From: an uncultured Gammaproteobacteria bacterium
GTDB lineage: Bacteria; Patescibacteriota; Microgenomatia; JALYQM01
Assembly: GCA_964535655.1 (NCBI GenBank)
Contig: CAZHTP010000003.1
Coordinates: 131,396 to 195,395, forward strand
DNA: 64,000 nt
Direction: 5' to 3'
The notes under the pieces are model-generated. The model was not told where the DNA came from and searched no databases. It saw only the letters and a list, made by a program, of their open reading frames with translations. The position numbers were made by a program, and so were the translations under genes. Below, in pieces: positions 38,713 through 48,149 of the stretch (within the stretch, counting starts at the first letter, position 1; each line of letters begins with the position of its first letter).

Positions 38713-39147
38713 TTATTCTAAGTTGGTTGAGATATAAATTGGATCGCCTTTTTTTATTTTTCCTTCTTTAATAATGCTGTGATATGAACCTCTGCCCATC
38801 CGGACAACCGTTACTTTTTTACCAGATTTTTCTTGAATTTCTTTGATCATTTCTTCACTATCTACCGAAATACTACTTCCCTCTGGTGTTGTGACATGAA
38901 TTTCGGAATTTTTGGGATCGGAGGGATTGTATAAATATGGTTTATATTGCAGTAAGCCTGGAAATTTGATGGTGTCAATAAAATTAGGTGTTTCGGTTGA
39001 ATCTAATTCGTAAAATGCCCGAGTACGATCACCAACTACTGAGATAGATTTAAGCGTAATTTTCTCTTGTTCGATTCCTTGCATACCTTTTACCGGGTAG
39101 ATAGTAGTTTGAAGCACATGGCCGACGAGTTGTTGATCTGCATTCAT
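38713..39147 (-). CDS. MOSC N-terminal beta-barrel-like domain protein
   Basis: VLQTTIYPVKGMQG resembles the MOSC_N motif (YPIKSxxG); short, 144 aa. Confidence 0.4.
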   Translation of the reverse strand: MNADQQLVGHVLQTTIYPVKGMQGIEQEKITLKSISVVGDRTRAFYELDSTETPNFIDTIKFPGLLQYKPYLYNPSDPKNSEIHVTTPEGSSISVDSEEMIKEIQEKSGKKVTVVRMGRGSYHSIIKEGKIKKGDPIYISTNLE

Positions 39148-39148
39148 A

Positions 39149-39613
39149 TTATTTTGATTCGATAATATCTTTTAATATCTCCTGGGCATGGTTTTTGGGT
39201 GTTACTTTTTCGTAGATTTTAACAATTTTGCCTTCGGGGTTGATTAAAAACGTATTTCGTATAATACCCTCAAATAATCTCCCCATGAACTTCTTTTCGC
39301 CCCATGAGTTATATGCATGAATAACTGTTTTATCTGGATCGGAAAGTAACGGGAAGTTTATGTTATATTTTTGAGCAAATTTTTTGTGAGAGGCAACTGA
39401 GTCTTTAGAAATTCCCAAAATTTGGACATTTTTTGCTTTAAGTTCAGCAAAATCATCGCGAAAAGAGCATGCCTCGGTAGTACAACCGGGAGTATCGTCT
39501 TTAGGATAGAAATACACTACAACCCATTTACCAAGATAATCTTTTAATTCGCGTTCAATATTATCTTGACCTTTAAGGGAAAAATTAGGAGCGGGAGAAT
39601 TTAATTCAATCAT
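39149..39613 (-). CDS. bcp: thioredoxin-dependent peroxiredoxin Bcp
   Basis: FYPKDDTPGCTTEACSFRD (peroxidatic Cys, with resolving Cys five residues downstream). Confidence 0.85.
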   Translation of the reverse strand: MIELNSPAPNFSLKGQDNIERELKDYLGKWVVVYFYPKDDTPGCTTEACSFRDDFAELKAKNVQILGISKDSVASHKKFAQKYNINFPLLSDPDKTVIHAYNSWGEKKFMGRLFEGIIRNTFLINPEGKIVKIYEKVTPKNHAQEILKDIIESK

Positions 39614-40050
39614 TACTTTTGTCTTTCTAAAGCAATCTTTATCGCTTCTTTATACCCTTCTTCTATATAATGTTCGTCGGATTCATTACCTAACTTTTCT
39701 AATTCTTCTTTGCCAACCCAAAGATACCCTTCATGCTCTTCACTTACTTGGATATCTGGGATTTGTGCTTCTACACTATAAAACTGAAGCATGAGACCAT
39801 TCCCATCCTGGAGATTACGCGGAAGTTTATATATGTGTACTAAATCTCCTACTTTAATATTTTGAATTCCTGGTAACTCTTCACCTAATTCTCGTTTAAG
39901 CGTTTCCTGAATTTCTTCGCCCTCCCCCATGCGCCCGCCGGGAATATCCCAATACTTCTTTTCATTTCCTTTATCATCCATCAGTACCAGGACTTTATCG
40001 TTTATTTTGATAAGTCCTTTGATTCCTATGTAGAAAAGTTTCGGTGGCAT
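39613..40050 (-). CDS. NUDIX hydrolase
   Basis: Nudix box GGRMGEGEEIQETLKRELGEELPG. Confidence 0.8.
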   Translation of the reverse strand: MPPKLFYIGIKGLIKINDKVLVLMDDKGNEKKYWDIPGGRMGEGEEIQETLKRELGEELPGIQNIKVGDLVHIYKLPRNLQDGNGLMLQFYSVEAQIPDIQVSEEHEGYLWVGKEELEKLGNESDEHYIEEGYKEAIKIALERQK

Positions 40051-40051
40051 C

Positions 40052-40568
40052 GTGTTTTTATTTTACACTATCTACGGTAGAATTGAATCAATTACTGTTA
40101 GAGAGGTATTATCAATGATCGTACAGATTGACGAACTTAAACGAATTGTGCATAAAGCGCTTACAAAATATAGCTATAGTGAAGGCGAAATTGCAATTAT
40201 CCGCGAAGTGTTGATGTACGCACAGTTGCGCGGAAATAACCAGGGCGTTGTAAACGCTTACCAGTAATGGCGTTGCGCGAGCTGAGGTACCTGACGAGAT
40301 AAAAATTGTAAAAGAAACGAAACTTTCGGCTGTTATTAGTGGGAATTTACATTCAGGGATGGTGGTAATGGATAAGGGGATGCGAATGGCATTGCAAAAA
40401 GCATGGGAACATGGATTTGGAATTGTCGGGATGAATAATACCAATACTTCGACCGATGCCATTGGGTATTTTGCTCATGAGATTGAAAAAAAGGATTTAT
40501 TGGATTTGTTTATACAGGTTCTCTTGAGCCTCACGAATTGCGGCAGGAGAGATTGTTATAGAAGATAA
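40052..40568 (+). pseudogene. decayed malate/L-lactate dehydrogenase family 2 (Ldh_2) gene: N-terminal half only, with at least two frameshifts
   Basis: ELKRIVHKALTKYSYSEGEIAIIREVLMYAQLRGNNQGVVNAYQ*. A frameshift at ~40265 gives ...MDKGMRMALQKAWEHGFGIVGMNNTNTSTDAIGYFAHE. A second shift at the A7 run near 40491-40497 gives GFIGFVYTGSLEPHELR... before an early stop. The parent family is ~340 aa. Confidence 0.5.
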
Positions 40569-40618
40569 TTTATTTATAGCACTTAAAAAAGTTATTGGTG
40601 AGAAAGTGGAGTCACAAA

Positions 40619-41140
40619 ATGAATGAGAATATTGAGATAGTAAAACCAGCAGTTTCTGAATGGGAAGCATTTAAGGAAGTTCGATTGAGATCATTGAAGA
40701 ACTCTCCTACTGCTTTTTTAGCGACATTTGAAGATGAGATGCAAACTCCTGAAGAAAAATGGAAAGCCCGTATTGAAGGGAGTTTAAAGGGCGAAGCAGG
40801 GGTAACTTTAATTGCTAAACTGCAAGGTAAGGTGGTAGGGCTGGTTGGAGTACAGTTTATGCAGCATGCAAAAATGCGCCATGTTGCGCATATTTGGGGT
40901 ACGTATGTGGATCCAGATTTTCGAGGACTTGGTATTGGTAGAAAGTTAATGGACGGAATACTTGCGGCTGCGAAGAATCGTGCCGGAATAAAAAAGATTA
41001 AAATCGAGGTTGTCCCTGAGCAAATTAGTGCTTTTGAGTTGTATAAAAAACTGGGTTTTGAAGTGATTGGAATTTCTCATGGTGATTTGTTTGTTGAAGG
41101 AAATTATTATGACGAGATATTGATGGAGATGATGTTATAG
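40619..41140 (+). CDS. GNAT-family N-acetyltransferase
   Basis: VGLVGVQ...RGLGIGRKLMDGIL...FELYKKLGFEV (acetyl-CoA binding motifs A/B). The ATG at 40619 is preferred over the track start at 40595. Confidence 0.75.
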   Translation: MNENIEIVKPAVSEWEAFKEVRLRSLKNSPTAFLATFEDEMQTPEEKWKARIEGSLKGEAGVTLIAKLQGKVVGLVGVQFMQHAKMRHVAHIWGTYVDPDFRGLGIGRKLMDGILAAAKNRAGIKKIKIEVVPEQISAFELYKKLGFEVIGISHGDLFVEGNYYDEILMEMML

Positions 41141-41145
41141 CTAAG

Positions 41146-41391
41146 TCACCTTTTCTAATTATTCCTGGTGTCGGCAAAGCAGTTGCAAAAGACTTAGAAC
41201 ATTTGGGGTATAAAAACGTCGCTGACTTAAAAAATGAAGATCCGCAGCGGATGTATGATCGGTTGTGTGCGTTACAAGGAACCAAGGTGGACCGATGTAT
41301 GCTCTACACTTTTCGCTGCGCTGTGTATTATGCTTCAAATGAAACACATGATCCTACTCTACTGAAGTGGTGGAACTGGAAAGATCAATAG
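41146..41391 (+). CDS. small helix-hairpin-helix protein (Cdd1/PF11731-like, McrB-like HhH)
   Basis: Frame is open from 41113: ...SPFLIIPGVGKAVAKDLEHLGYKNVADLKNEDPQRMYDRLCALQGTKVDRCMLYTFRCAVYYAS. No ATG start; the track used TTG at 41203, which would cut the HhH motif. Start uncertain. Confidence 0.5.
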   Translation, partial: SPFLIIPGVGKAVAKDLEHLGYKNVADLKNEDPQRMYDRLCALQGTKVDRCMLYTFRCAVYYASNETHDPTLLKWWNWKDQ

Positions 41392-42067
41392 TTATTTGTC
41401 CTTTTTTAACCACTTTCCCCTGTGGGATTGCATTAAGTAAGTAATAATCTGCACTTACCGTATACGTATCATTCCAATGTGGCTTCGAAAAGTCCATATA
41501 TGCTACGTTTTTTGGCATTTTTAAGTCTACTTCTTTTTTAGATTCGCTATCATACACATGTAATCCGAGCGGTCCAATATCTGCATTGCGCGAGGTATAG
41601 GCTATATACTTACTATCATCCGACCACATTGCCTCTGCTCCCGGATCAATGGGAGTAACCATTCCACCCTCACACTCAACGAGAAATAATACTTCTGCAC
41701 TGATTGCTCCTTGAGCATGGATGAGAATCTTGGAATTATCTGGAGAGAAATCATATTTAGTAATTGTAAAAAGTGTGGATTTCTCCAAATCCTTATACAT
41801 TAATTCTCGTTTTTCTACTAAAAGCTGACTTCTTTGGGCTGTAGAAACTTTATATAACGAACCATCGATTATTGAGTATCCAATCTTATTGTTTTTTTGT
41901 AGATGATGACGAGACTCATGAGCCTGAATTTTATTTCTAACTAATCGTTGATACTCCAGCTTTGCCCCTAACCCAAACGCTAAACAGATACTCATAAAGA
42001 AAGCCCAAATAATGAGAAGAATAGTTAATACTTTAAGTGGGAATTTCATTTTTTTATCGTGGACCAT
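41354..42067 (-). CDS. membrane-anchored hypothetical protein with beta-propeller-like (PD40/TolB-like) repeats
   Basis: N-terminal TM anchor; D/W/Y-rich repeats. Confidence 0.35.
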   Translation of the reverse strand: MVHDKKMKFPLKVLTILLIIWAFFMSICLAFGLGAKLEYQRLVRNKIQAHESRHHLQKNNKIGYSIIDGSLYKVSTAQRSQLLVEKRELMYKDLEKSTLFTITKYDFSPDNSKILIHAQGAISAEVLFLVECEGGMVTPIDPGAEAMWSDDSKYIAYTSRNADIGPLGLHVYDSESKKEVDLKMPKNVAYMDFSKPHWNDTYTVSADYYLLNAIPQGKVVKKGQITIDLSSSTTSVE

Positions 42068-42125
42068 GCTTTTATTATTTCAGAAGTGAGTGGAAAGATC
42101 AATAAAAGTAATCTATGATTGATTT

Positions 42126-42773
42126 ATGAAAAACTTATATTGCTTTTTTCTACTATTTTTAGTTGCGACTTTATCATCTTGCGTTTCGCACCCCAGTGGA
42201 TCGGTCATGCCTAGCACTACTCCTTCTGCAACCCATTCTTCTGGAGATGAAATGCTTTCGGATGGAGACTATATGAATATGGCTGACCACGATTCATTTG
42301 AGTCTGCAGGTATGACTCATGTGCTTTCTTATACAAGTAAAAAGTTTCAATATATAGTGACTTTACCGCAACACTGGAAGTTTGATGATCACCCAGGAGC
42401 ATATTTGGGAGCCGAAGGAGATGTGGTTTTTTATCCTCCATCCATTAATTCAAATGATCCTCGTGCTCCCAAGATTATTATTACGTCTCCTGACACCAGT
42501 CCAAACATGAGTTCGCAGGCAGAGTTAGCTGCATGGATTGCTAAACCAATTTCTTCAACGAAAAGTAATGAGCCGTATAAGGTTGGCAATACTACCGTGG
42601 CAGGAATGCCGGCGGTACAATATATAACTCAAGGTCAAGTGTATCATTTAGTTACGTGGTTTCGAAAAAACGATCGTAATTTTTATATCGAGATTGAAGA
42701 CACTGAAGCGGATGCTACTAACTACCGAAAAGATTATGATCTTATGATTAGTAATGTCAGTTTTATTGAGTAA
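42126..42773 (+). CDS. hypothetical lipoprotein
   Basis: MKNLYCFFLLFLVATLSSC lipobox. Confidence 0.5.
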   Translation: MKNLYCFFLLFLVATLSSCVSHPSGSVMPSTTPSATHSSGDEMLSDGDYMNMADHDSFESAGMTHVLSYTSKKFQYIVTLPQHWKFDDHPGAYLGAEGDVVFYPPSINSNDPRAPKIIITSPDTSPNMSSQAELAAWIAKPISSTKSNEPYKVGNTTVAGMPAVQYITQGQVYHLVTWFRKNDRNFYIEIEDTEADATNYRKDYDLMISNVSFIE

Positions 42774-42827
42774 CTGCTTTTAATTGTAATCTATACCTGC
42801 TGATTTTATTATAGTATTATCTGGAGT

Positions 42828-43871
42828 ATGAACTACAGAAAACTTGGAAAAACTGATTTATCTATTGCTGAAGTAGGAATGGGAACTTGGCAGTTGGCTG
42901 GAGACCCCAACGCATGGGTTGGTTCTGATCTAAACGAAAGTTATAAAGCTTTACAACGATATGTAGATCTTGGCGGAAATTTTATTGACACTGCTTGGGT
43001 CTATGGTTATTCTGATGAATTCCCTGAGCGACACCCTTCTGAAGAGCTTGTAGGGAAGTTTATCAAGGAAACTGGTAAACGCGAAAACCTCGTAATTGCC
43101 TCGAAAGTCCCTCCGAAAAATTGGAATTGGCCGGCTTATCGCGGCATACCAATTTCCGAAGTATTTCCTTCTGAGCATATAGAAAAATGCGTTGATGAAT
43201 CATTACGCAGTTTGGGAATAGATTGCATTGATTTAATGCAGTTTCATGTCTGGCAAGATGATTTTGTCCATGATACTGGGTGGAAAGAGACAATTAGTAA
43301 AATAGCTCAAGCTGGAAAAGTGAAATACTGGGGTATTTCAATAAATGACTACCAACCAAGCAACTGTTTAAAAACTCTTGATACCGGGTTAATTTCAACT
43401 ATTCAGTTTATCTTTAACATTTTTCACCAAAAGCCTACTGAAAAGTTACTACCTTATGCAAAAGAACATTCGATTGGCCTTATCGCGCGAGTTCCTTTAG
43501 ATGAAGGCGGATTATCGGGCAAATTTACTCGTGATTCCCAATTTGAAAAAGACGAATTGCGTTATTCATATTTTGGAGGAGAACGACTGTCACAATTAGT
43601 TACACGAACCGATGCCTTGAAGCAACTTCTTAGTGAAGAAGCCTCTTCTCTGTCTGAACTGGCTTTGCGATATATTCTCTCTTTTGATGAAATTTCGACT
43701 GTAATTCCAGGGATGCGAAAAGTTGCACATGTAGGTTCTAATACTGCATTATCCGATGGAAGAAAGCTATCTCAAAGACTACTTTCCGAGTTAAAAAAAC
43801 ATACCTGGGAACGAAACTTTTATGGTGGTGCTGACCCGGCGATGAAAGATGAAAATTATATCGAACAGTAA
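42828..43871 (+). CDS. aldo/keto reductase
   Basis: MNYRKLGKTDLSIAEVGMGTWQLAG...IDTAWVYG; (alpha/beta)8 AKR signature. Confidence 0.8.
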   Translation: MNYRKLGKTDLSIAEVGMGTWQLAGDPNAWVGSDLNESYKALQRYVDLGGNFIDTAWVYGYSDEFPERHPSEELVGKFIKETGKRENLVIASKVPPKNWNWPAYRGIPISEVFPSEHIEKCVDESLRSLGIDCIDLMQFHVWQDDFVHDTGWKETISKIAQAGKVKYWGISINDYQPSNCLKTLDTGLISTIQFIFNIFHQKPTEKLLPYAKEHSIGLIARVPLDEGGLSGKFTRDSQFEKDELRYSYFGGERLSQLVTRTDALKQLLSEEASSLSELALRYILSFDEISTVIPGMRKVAHVGSNTALSDGRKLSQRLLSELKKHTWERNFYGGADPAMKDENYIEQ

Positions 43872-43885
43872 GCGAAGGAGCTTAT

Positions 43886-44338
43886 ATGGAACTAAAACAA
43901 CTGATTGAAGATTATTTAAAGGAAGCTCGAATGATGCAAGTTGCGACAGTGCAAGGTAATCAACCTTGGGCGTGTACTGTCTATTTTGCTTATGATCCTT
44001 ATTTTAATCTTTATTGGATTTCTTCTCCAGACAGGCGACATTCTCAAGATATTGATGCTAATAACATGGTGGCGGGTACGATTGTTCTTCCCCACACTCC
44101 TGGTGGTCCGGCGCGGGGAATTCAATTTGAAGGAACGGGCGAGGCTTTGCGCGAGAAAACAGCAGCGACTTTAGGAATGGAGTATTATGCAGAACGTTAC
44201 GATATGGATAGCCAACGAGCAAACGATGTTATTGAAGGCTCTGATGGACATATCTGCTATAAGATTAAACCAAGGATGTTTGTATTATTCGATGAAGTAA
44301 ATTACCCGGAAAAACCAAGGCAGGAATTTACTCTTTAA
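43886..44338 (+). CDS. pyridoxamine 5'-phosphate oxidase-like FMN-binding split-barrel protein
   Basis: MMQVATVQGNQPWACTVYFAYDP...LYWISSPDRRHSQDI pattern. Confidence 0.5.
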   Translation: MELKQLIEDYLKEARMMQVATVQGNQPWACTVYFAYDPYFNLYWISSPDRRHSQDIDANNMVAGTIVLPHTPGGPARGIQFEGTGEALREKTAATLGMEYYAERYDMDSQRANDVIEGSDGHICYKIKPRMFVLFDEVNYPEKPRQEFTL

Positions 44339-44345
44339 GGACTCT

Positions 44346-44783
44346 ATGTTTACTTTAGATAATTCTATCCCGTGCCCTGAATGTGGACGTTTTGCAAACC
44401 GCGGAGTAACTATCGATGCTGTAATAATTCGTGAAGGACAAATTGTACTTATAAAGCGGGGTGTTGAACCGTTTAAAGGGTACTGGGCGTTATGCGGAGG
44501 GTATGTCTCGTGGGATGAAACGGTAGAAGATACAGTTCGGCGGGAAGTTAAGGAGGAATTACAACTCGCTGTTGTCTCGCTTGAGTTTATTGGATATTAC
44601 AGTGACCCGGCGCGTCATCCCAAACAAACAATTAATTTTGCCTTCCTTGCTCACACTAACGGTAATCCGATTGCCAGCGATGACGCATTGGAATTTAAAT
44701 TTTTTGATCTCGATTCTCTCCCTGAAGAATTGGCCTTTGATCATAAAAAAATAATTGCCGACTGCCAAAGGAGATTTTTATGA
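44346..44783 (+). CDS. NUDIX hydrolase with N-terminal zinc ribbon
   Basis: CPECGRF; Nudix box GGYVSWDETVEDTVRREVKEELQL. Confidence 0.75.
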   Translation: MFTLDNSIPCPECGRFANRGVTIDAVIIREGQIVLIKRGVEPFKGYWALCGGYVSWDETVEDTVRREVKEELQLAVVSLEFIGYYSDPARHPKQTINFAFLAHTNGNPIASDDALEFKFFDLDSLPEELAFDHKKIIADCQRRFL

Positions 44784-45055
44784 AATTGAAGGATAAAATT
44801 GTAATTGTTACCGGATCTTCAAGTGGTATTGGAAAAGCTACGGCATTACTTTTTGCCCAGGAAGGTGCAACTGTCGTGGTTAACTCAAAATCCAGCGGGG
44901 CTCAAGGCATGCAAGTCGTTGAGGAGATCAAGAAGAATGGAGGAAACGGAATTTATGTTTCGGGAGATGTTTCTGTCACTTCAGATGTAGACGCTCTACC
45001 TAGCGCTGTTACTGGTGAAGTGCTCGTGGTTGATGGCGGATTTCAACTTAAATGA
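44780..45055 (+). pseudogene. SDR-family oxidoreductase remnant with internal in-frame deletion (91 aa)
   Basis: The N-terminal Rossmann KIVIVTGSSSGIGKATALLF...SGDVSVTSDVDAL is joined directly to the C-terminal SDR tail TGEVLVVDGGFQL. The ~160 aa in between, carrying the catalytic S/Y/K, are missing. Confidence 0.5.
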
Positions 45056-45056
45056 T

Positions 45057-45479
45057 TCAATAGCTTGTCAGATCGAACGCTGAAACAGCTTGTGTATGAG
45101 CATTACTTGGGCTAAAAAGCTTTACGCTGATAAGGATTAAGAGTACCAGCAAAGCTAATATGATATAGTGCATAACCATATCCGGGGAATATTTCTTGTT
45201 TTTTGGTTTTCGAAGAAATGGTAGTGAATGAAAAAGTGATTTATCTTCTTTGGATTTGTGTAAAACATATACATACACAAAGGTTGAGAGTCCTAATGAT
45301 ACGAGATTTAAGACCGCTTTTAATGAAGGTCCATTAGTAAAACCATCTAGAACCAGAAGGAAGACTCCGATGATATATAAGGCTAAAAATCCCTCATTAA
45401 TTTTTTTATCATGTCTAACGAGACGATAACATTCGATGCTCCAGGCTGCGATTATGAAAAGAAGTCCCGTTGTTGCCAT
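45057..45479 (-). CDS. small hypothetical membrane protein (3-4 TM)
   Basis: Hydrophobic profile only. Confidence 0.4.
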   Translation of the reverse strand: MATTGLLFIIAAWSIECYRLVRHDKKINEGFLALYIIGVFLLVLDGFTNGPSLKAVLNLVSLGLSTFVYVYVLHKSKEDKSLFHSLPFLRKPKNKKYSPDMVMHYIILALLVLLILISVKLFSPSNAHTQAVSAFDLTSY

Positions 45480-45523
45480 ATACTTACGATGACATGATTA
45501 CGACTCTGTTTCAAGAGGGATTC

Positions 45524-46831
45524 TTACAAAGTTTTTGAGAAAAATTGTTTGATTCGATCATCAAGGAGAATGTGTTTATACTGAATCGGTTTTTTGAGAA
45601 TGATGCCATTTAGGGTTCGACAGCGAGAGAGGGCAACATATACTTGCCCCGAGGCAAATGCTCCCCAGCCGATATCTATAATAACTTTATCGAAGGTTTT
45701 GCCTTGACTTTTATGGACCGTTATTGCCCAGGCTAATTTAAGCGGCATTTGGGTGTATGATCCGGCCGCTTCTTTTTCGATTTTTCCGGATTCCTCATTT
45801 ATTTTAGAGCGATAATTAGTCCAGGTGTGCGGGTAGACATCGACACTTGCACCGTCGTCTTTTTTTACTTCGACAATTGGCATATTGTCGTTGGCTTCGT
45901 CGGAATAAAAACCCATAACTTCGCCGAGTGTTCCATTTATCCAGCGCTCTTCGGGATCGTTGTTAAGAAACATAACTCGAGCACCCACTTTGAGGGTTAA
46001 AGTTGGATCTGTGGGAAGATTCTTTCCTTCAAAATCGCCTTTTATGTCTCCATAGAATATCTGCTCCTCGCCGAAGATTTTATCCAGGTTAGCTCGATTG
46101 ATTTCGTCGGCTTGTTTATTGGTCATCACGAGATAAATGTAATCTGCGGAGTGATCTTCGTCTCGACTTATCCGTTCGTTAAGAATAGCTAGGTTAGTGG
46201 AATGTAGTTCACGATTACGAATTCCGTTTAGAAGGGTAATAAATTCCTCATCTTTTTGTCGATAGATTTTTTCTAATTCGATATGTTCGTAAAATTCATC
46301 GTATCTGCTGATTCTTCGAAAGGAGTCTGAATCAAAAAAGTAGGGAGAATCATAGATTTGGGCAAATATTGCAACTTCATCTTTACCCACAACAGGAGGA
46401 AGCTGGTACATGTCTCCGATGAAAATCATCTGGATGCCACCAAAGGGTTCTTTAGATTGTCGCGCCTCTTTAAGAAAGGCGTCGACACAATCCAGCAGAT
46501 CGGCACGAACCATTGAAACTTCATCAATTACAATGGATTGCAGTTTTTTAATTAATTTTGTTTGCTGATTGGTTCTACCTAATCTACGTGCTTCGACTTC
46601 GGTTATATCGGGCATAAAATGAAAAAATGAATGGATGGTTTGACCACCTATGTTTACTGCTGCAGCACCGGTTGATGCTAAAACTACATGATTTTTATGT
46701 GACGTACCACGAAAATATGTTAAAAGCGTAGATTTTCCTGTACCAGCTCTCCCAGTTAAAAAAACATGCTTGTTGGTATTTTCCATTACATCGAGCGCGT
46801 GCTGGAATTTTTCGTTGATTTCGAGTGACAT
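45524..46831 (-). CDS. PIF1/RecD-like superfamily 1B DNA helicase
   Basis: Walker A VFLTGRAGTGKSTLL. DExx VIDEVSMV. PIF1-type motif III IFIGDMYQLPPV. AITVHKSQGKTFDKVII. Start set at the internal ATG 46831 (MSLEINEKF...) to avoid overlap with the divergent MFS gene. Confidence 0.8.
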   Translation of the reverse strand: MSLEINEKFQHALDVMENTNKHVFLTGRAGTGKSTLLTYFRGTSHKNHVVLASTGAAAVNIGGQTIHSFFHFMPDITEVEARRLGRTNQQTKLIKKLQSIVIDEVSMVRADLLDCVDAFLKEARQSKEPFGGIQMIFIGDMYQLPPVVGKDEVAIFAQIYDSPYFFDSDSFRRISRYDEFYEHIELEKIYRQKDEEFITLLNGIRNRELHSTNLAILNERISRDEDHSADYIYLVMTNKQADEINRANLDKIFGEEQIFYGDIKGDFEGKNLPTDPTLTLKVGARVMFLNNDPEERWINGTLGEVMGFYSDEANDNMPIVEVKKDDGASVDVYPHTWTNYRSKINEESGKIEKEAAGSYTQMPLKLAWAITVHKSQGKTFDKVIIDIGWGAFASGQVYVALSRCRTLNGIILKKPIQYKHILLDDRIKQFFSKTL

Positions 46832-46888
46832 AGCCCTTACTCTAGCATACTTACTAAATTGATTGTATAACGTATAATTGGCTTTACT

Positions 46889-48052
46889 ATGCGTATTCAT
46901 AAAAATATAAGGCTTCTGACTTGGTTTAATTTCTTTACTGACTTTAGGCCATACGCGCCTGTTGCGATTATCTACTTCTCGCAAGTAACTCATTCTTACG
47001 CACTCGGGTTGGCTGTCTTTTCTATCGAAATGTTATCCGCAAGTATTTTAGAGTTGCCAACGGGAGTTATTTCTGACCTCGTTGGGAGACGAAAAACAAT
47101 TATATTTGGGGCTGGAATGTCGGTACTATCCCTTATTTTTTATTCTCTCGGAACCTCATTTTCTATACTCGTAATTGGAAGTGTTTTTGCTGGGCTTGCA
47201 CGATCCTTTTATAGTGGTAATAATCAGGCATTATTGCATGATTCACTTAAAGAACATCAACAAGAAGAACTGTATGCTGAATACTCGGGAAAAACTAGCT
47301 CAATGTTCCAATTTGCGCTTGCCGCTTCGGCTTTACTTGGTGGATTACTCGGATATATTTCATTGCCACTCGTGCTGTGGATTTCGGTAATTCCGCAGGT
47401 AGTCTGTTTAGGGATTAGCTTCATGATATTGGAACCGCGCGCACGCGATAGCAATGATGAGACGAATATCTATAGTCATTTAAAGGAAGCTTTGCTAAAA
47501 TTTAAGGAAAATTCTAAATTACGGACTTTGAGCCTTGCGGTTATTTTAGACTACGGTATAAGTGAAACGATGTATCAATTTAGCACGGCGTTTATTTCAT
47601 TACTGTGGCCTGTCTGGGCTATAGGAATTGCTCGCATGCTTTCAAATTTTGGCGCGGCGATAGGAATGCGCATGAGTGGTACAGTTACAAAAAGGTTTGG
47701 TTACTTCAACACACTAGTATGGTCAAATATTTTTAGTACAATCGCAGGCCTTTTGGCGACAATCTTTCCGTCTGTCGTTTCTCCCCTTCTGATCTCGAGC
47801 ACCTCGTTTGAATATGGTATAAGTTCGATTGCCAAAGATACTTTATTCCAAAAAGAATTTACCGATAAACAGCGAGCGACAATGGGAAGTCTCAATAGTT
47901 TAGGTGGAAGTTTATTCTTTGCTGTTTTTGCGTATGCATTTGGAATGATTGCTGATAACCTTGCACCCAATCAGGCGATGATTATCGGAGAAGTGCTTTT
48001 ATTGAGTGTTTTATTTCTGTATTGGCGTTTGGTTAAAATTCATAGAAATTAA
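46889..48052 (+). CDS. MFS-type transporter
   Basis: About 12 hydrophobic helices; GRRKTI-like loop between TM2 and TM3 (DLVGRRKTIIFGAG). Confidence 0.65.
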   Translation: MRIHKNIRLLTWFNFFTDFRPYAPVAIIYFSQVTHSYALGLAVFSIEMLSASILELPTGVISDLVGRRKTIIFGAGMSVLSLIFYSLGTSFSILVIGSVFAGLARSFYSGNNQALLHDSLKEHQQEELYAEYSGKTSSMFQFALAASALLGGLLGYISLPLVLWISVIPQVVCLGISFMILEPRARDSNDETNIYSHLKEALLKFKENSKLRTLSLAVILDYGISETMYQFSTAFISLLWPVWAIGIARMLSNFGAAIGMRMSGTVTKRFGYFNTLVWSNIFSTIAGLLATIFPSVVSPLLISSTSFEYGISSIAKDTLFQKEFTDKQRATMGSLNSLGGSLFFAVFAYAFGMIADNLAPNQAMIIGEVLLLSVLFLYWRLVKIHRN

Positions 48053-48149
48053 TTATGTAATTGGCACTCGGCACATCGTAAAAGTTGTACTTGTAGACGC
48101 AAACTTATTTGGTCCCGAAGATACTCGCTTGATCTGGAAACTTGAAAAA

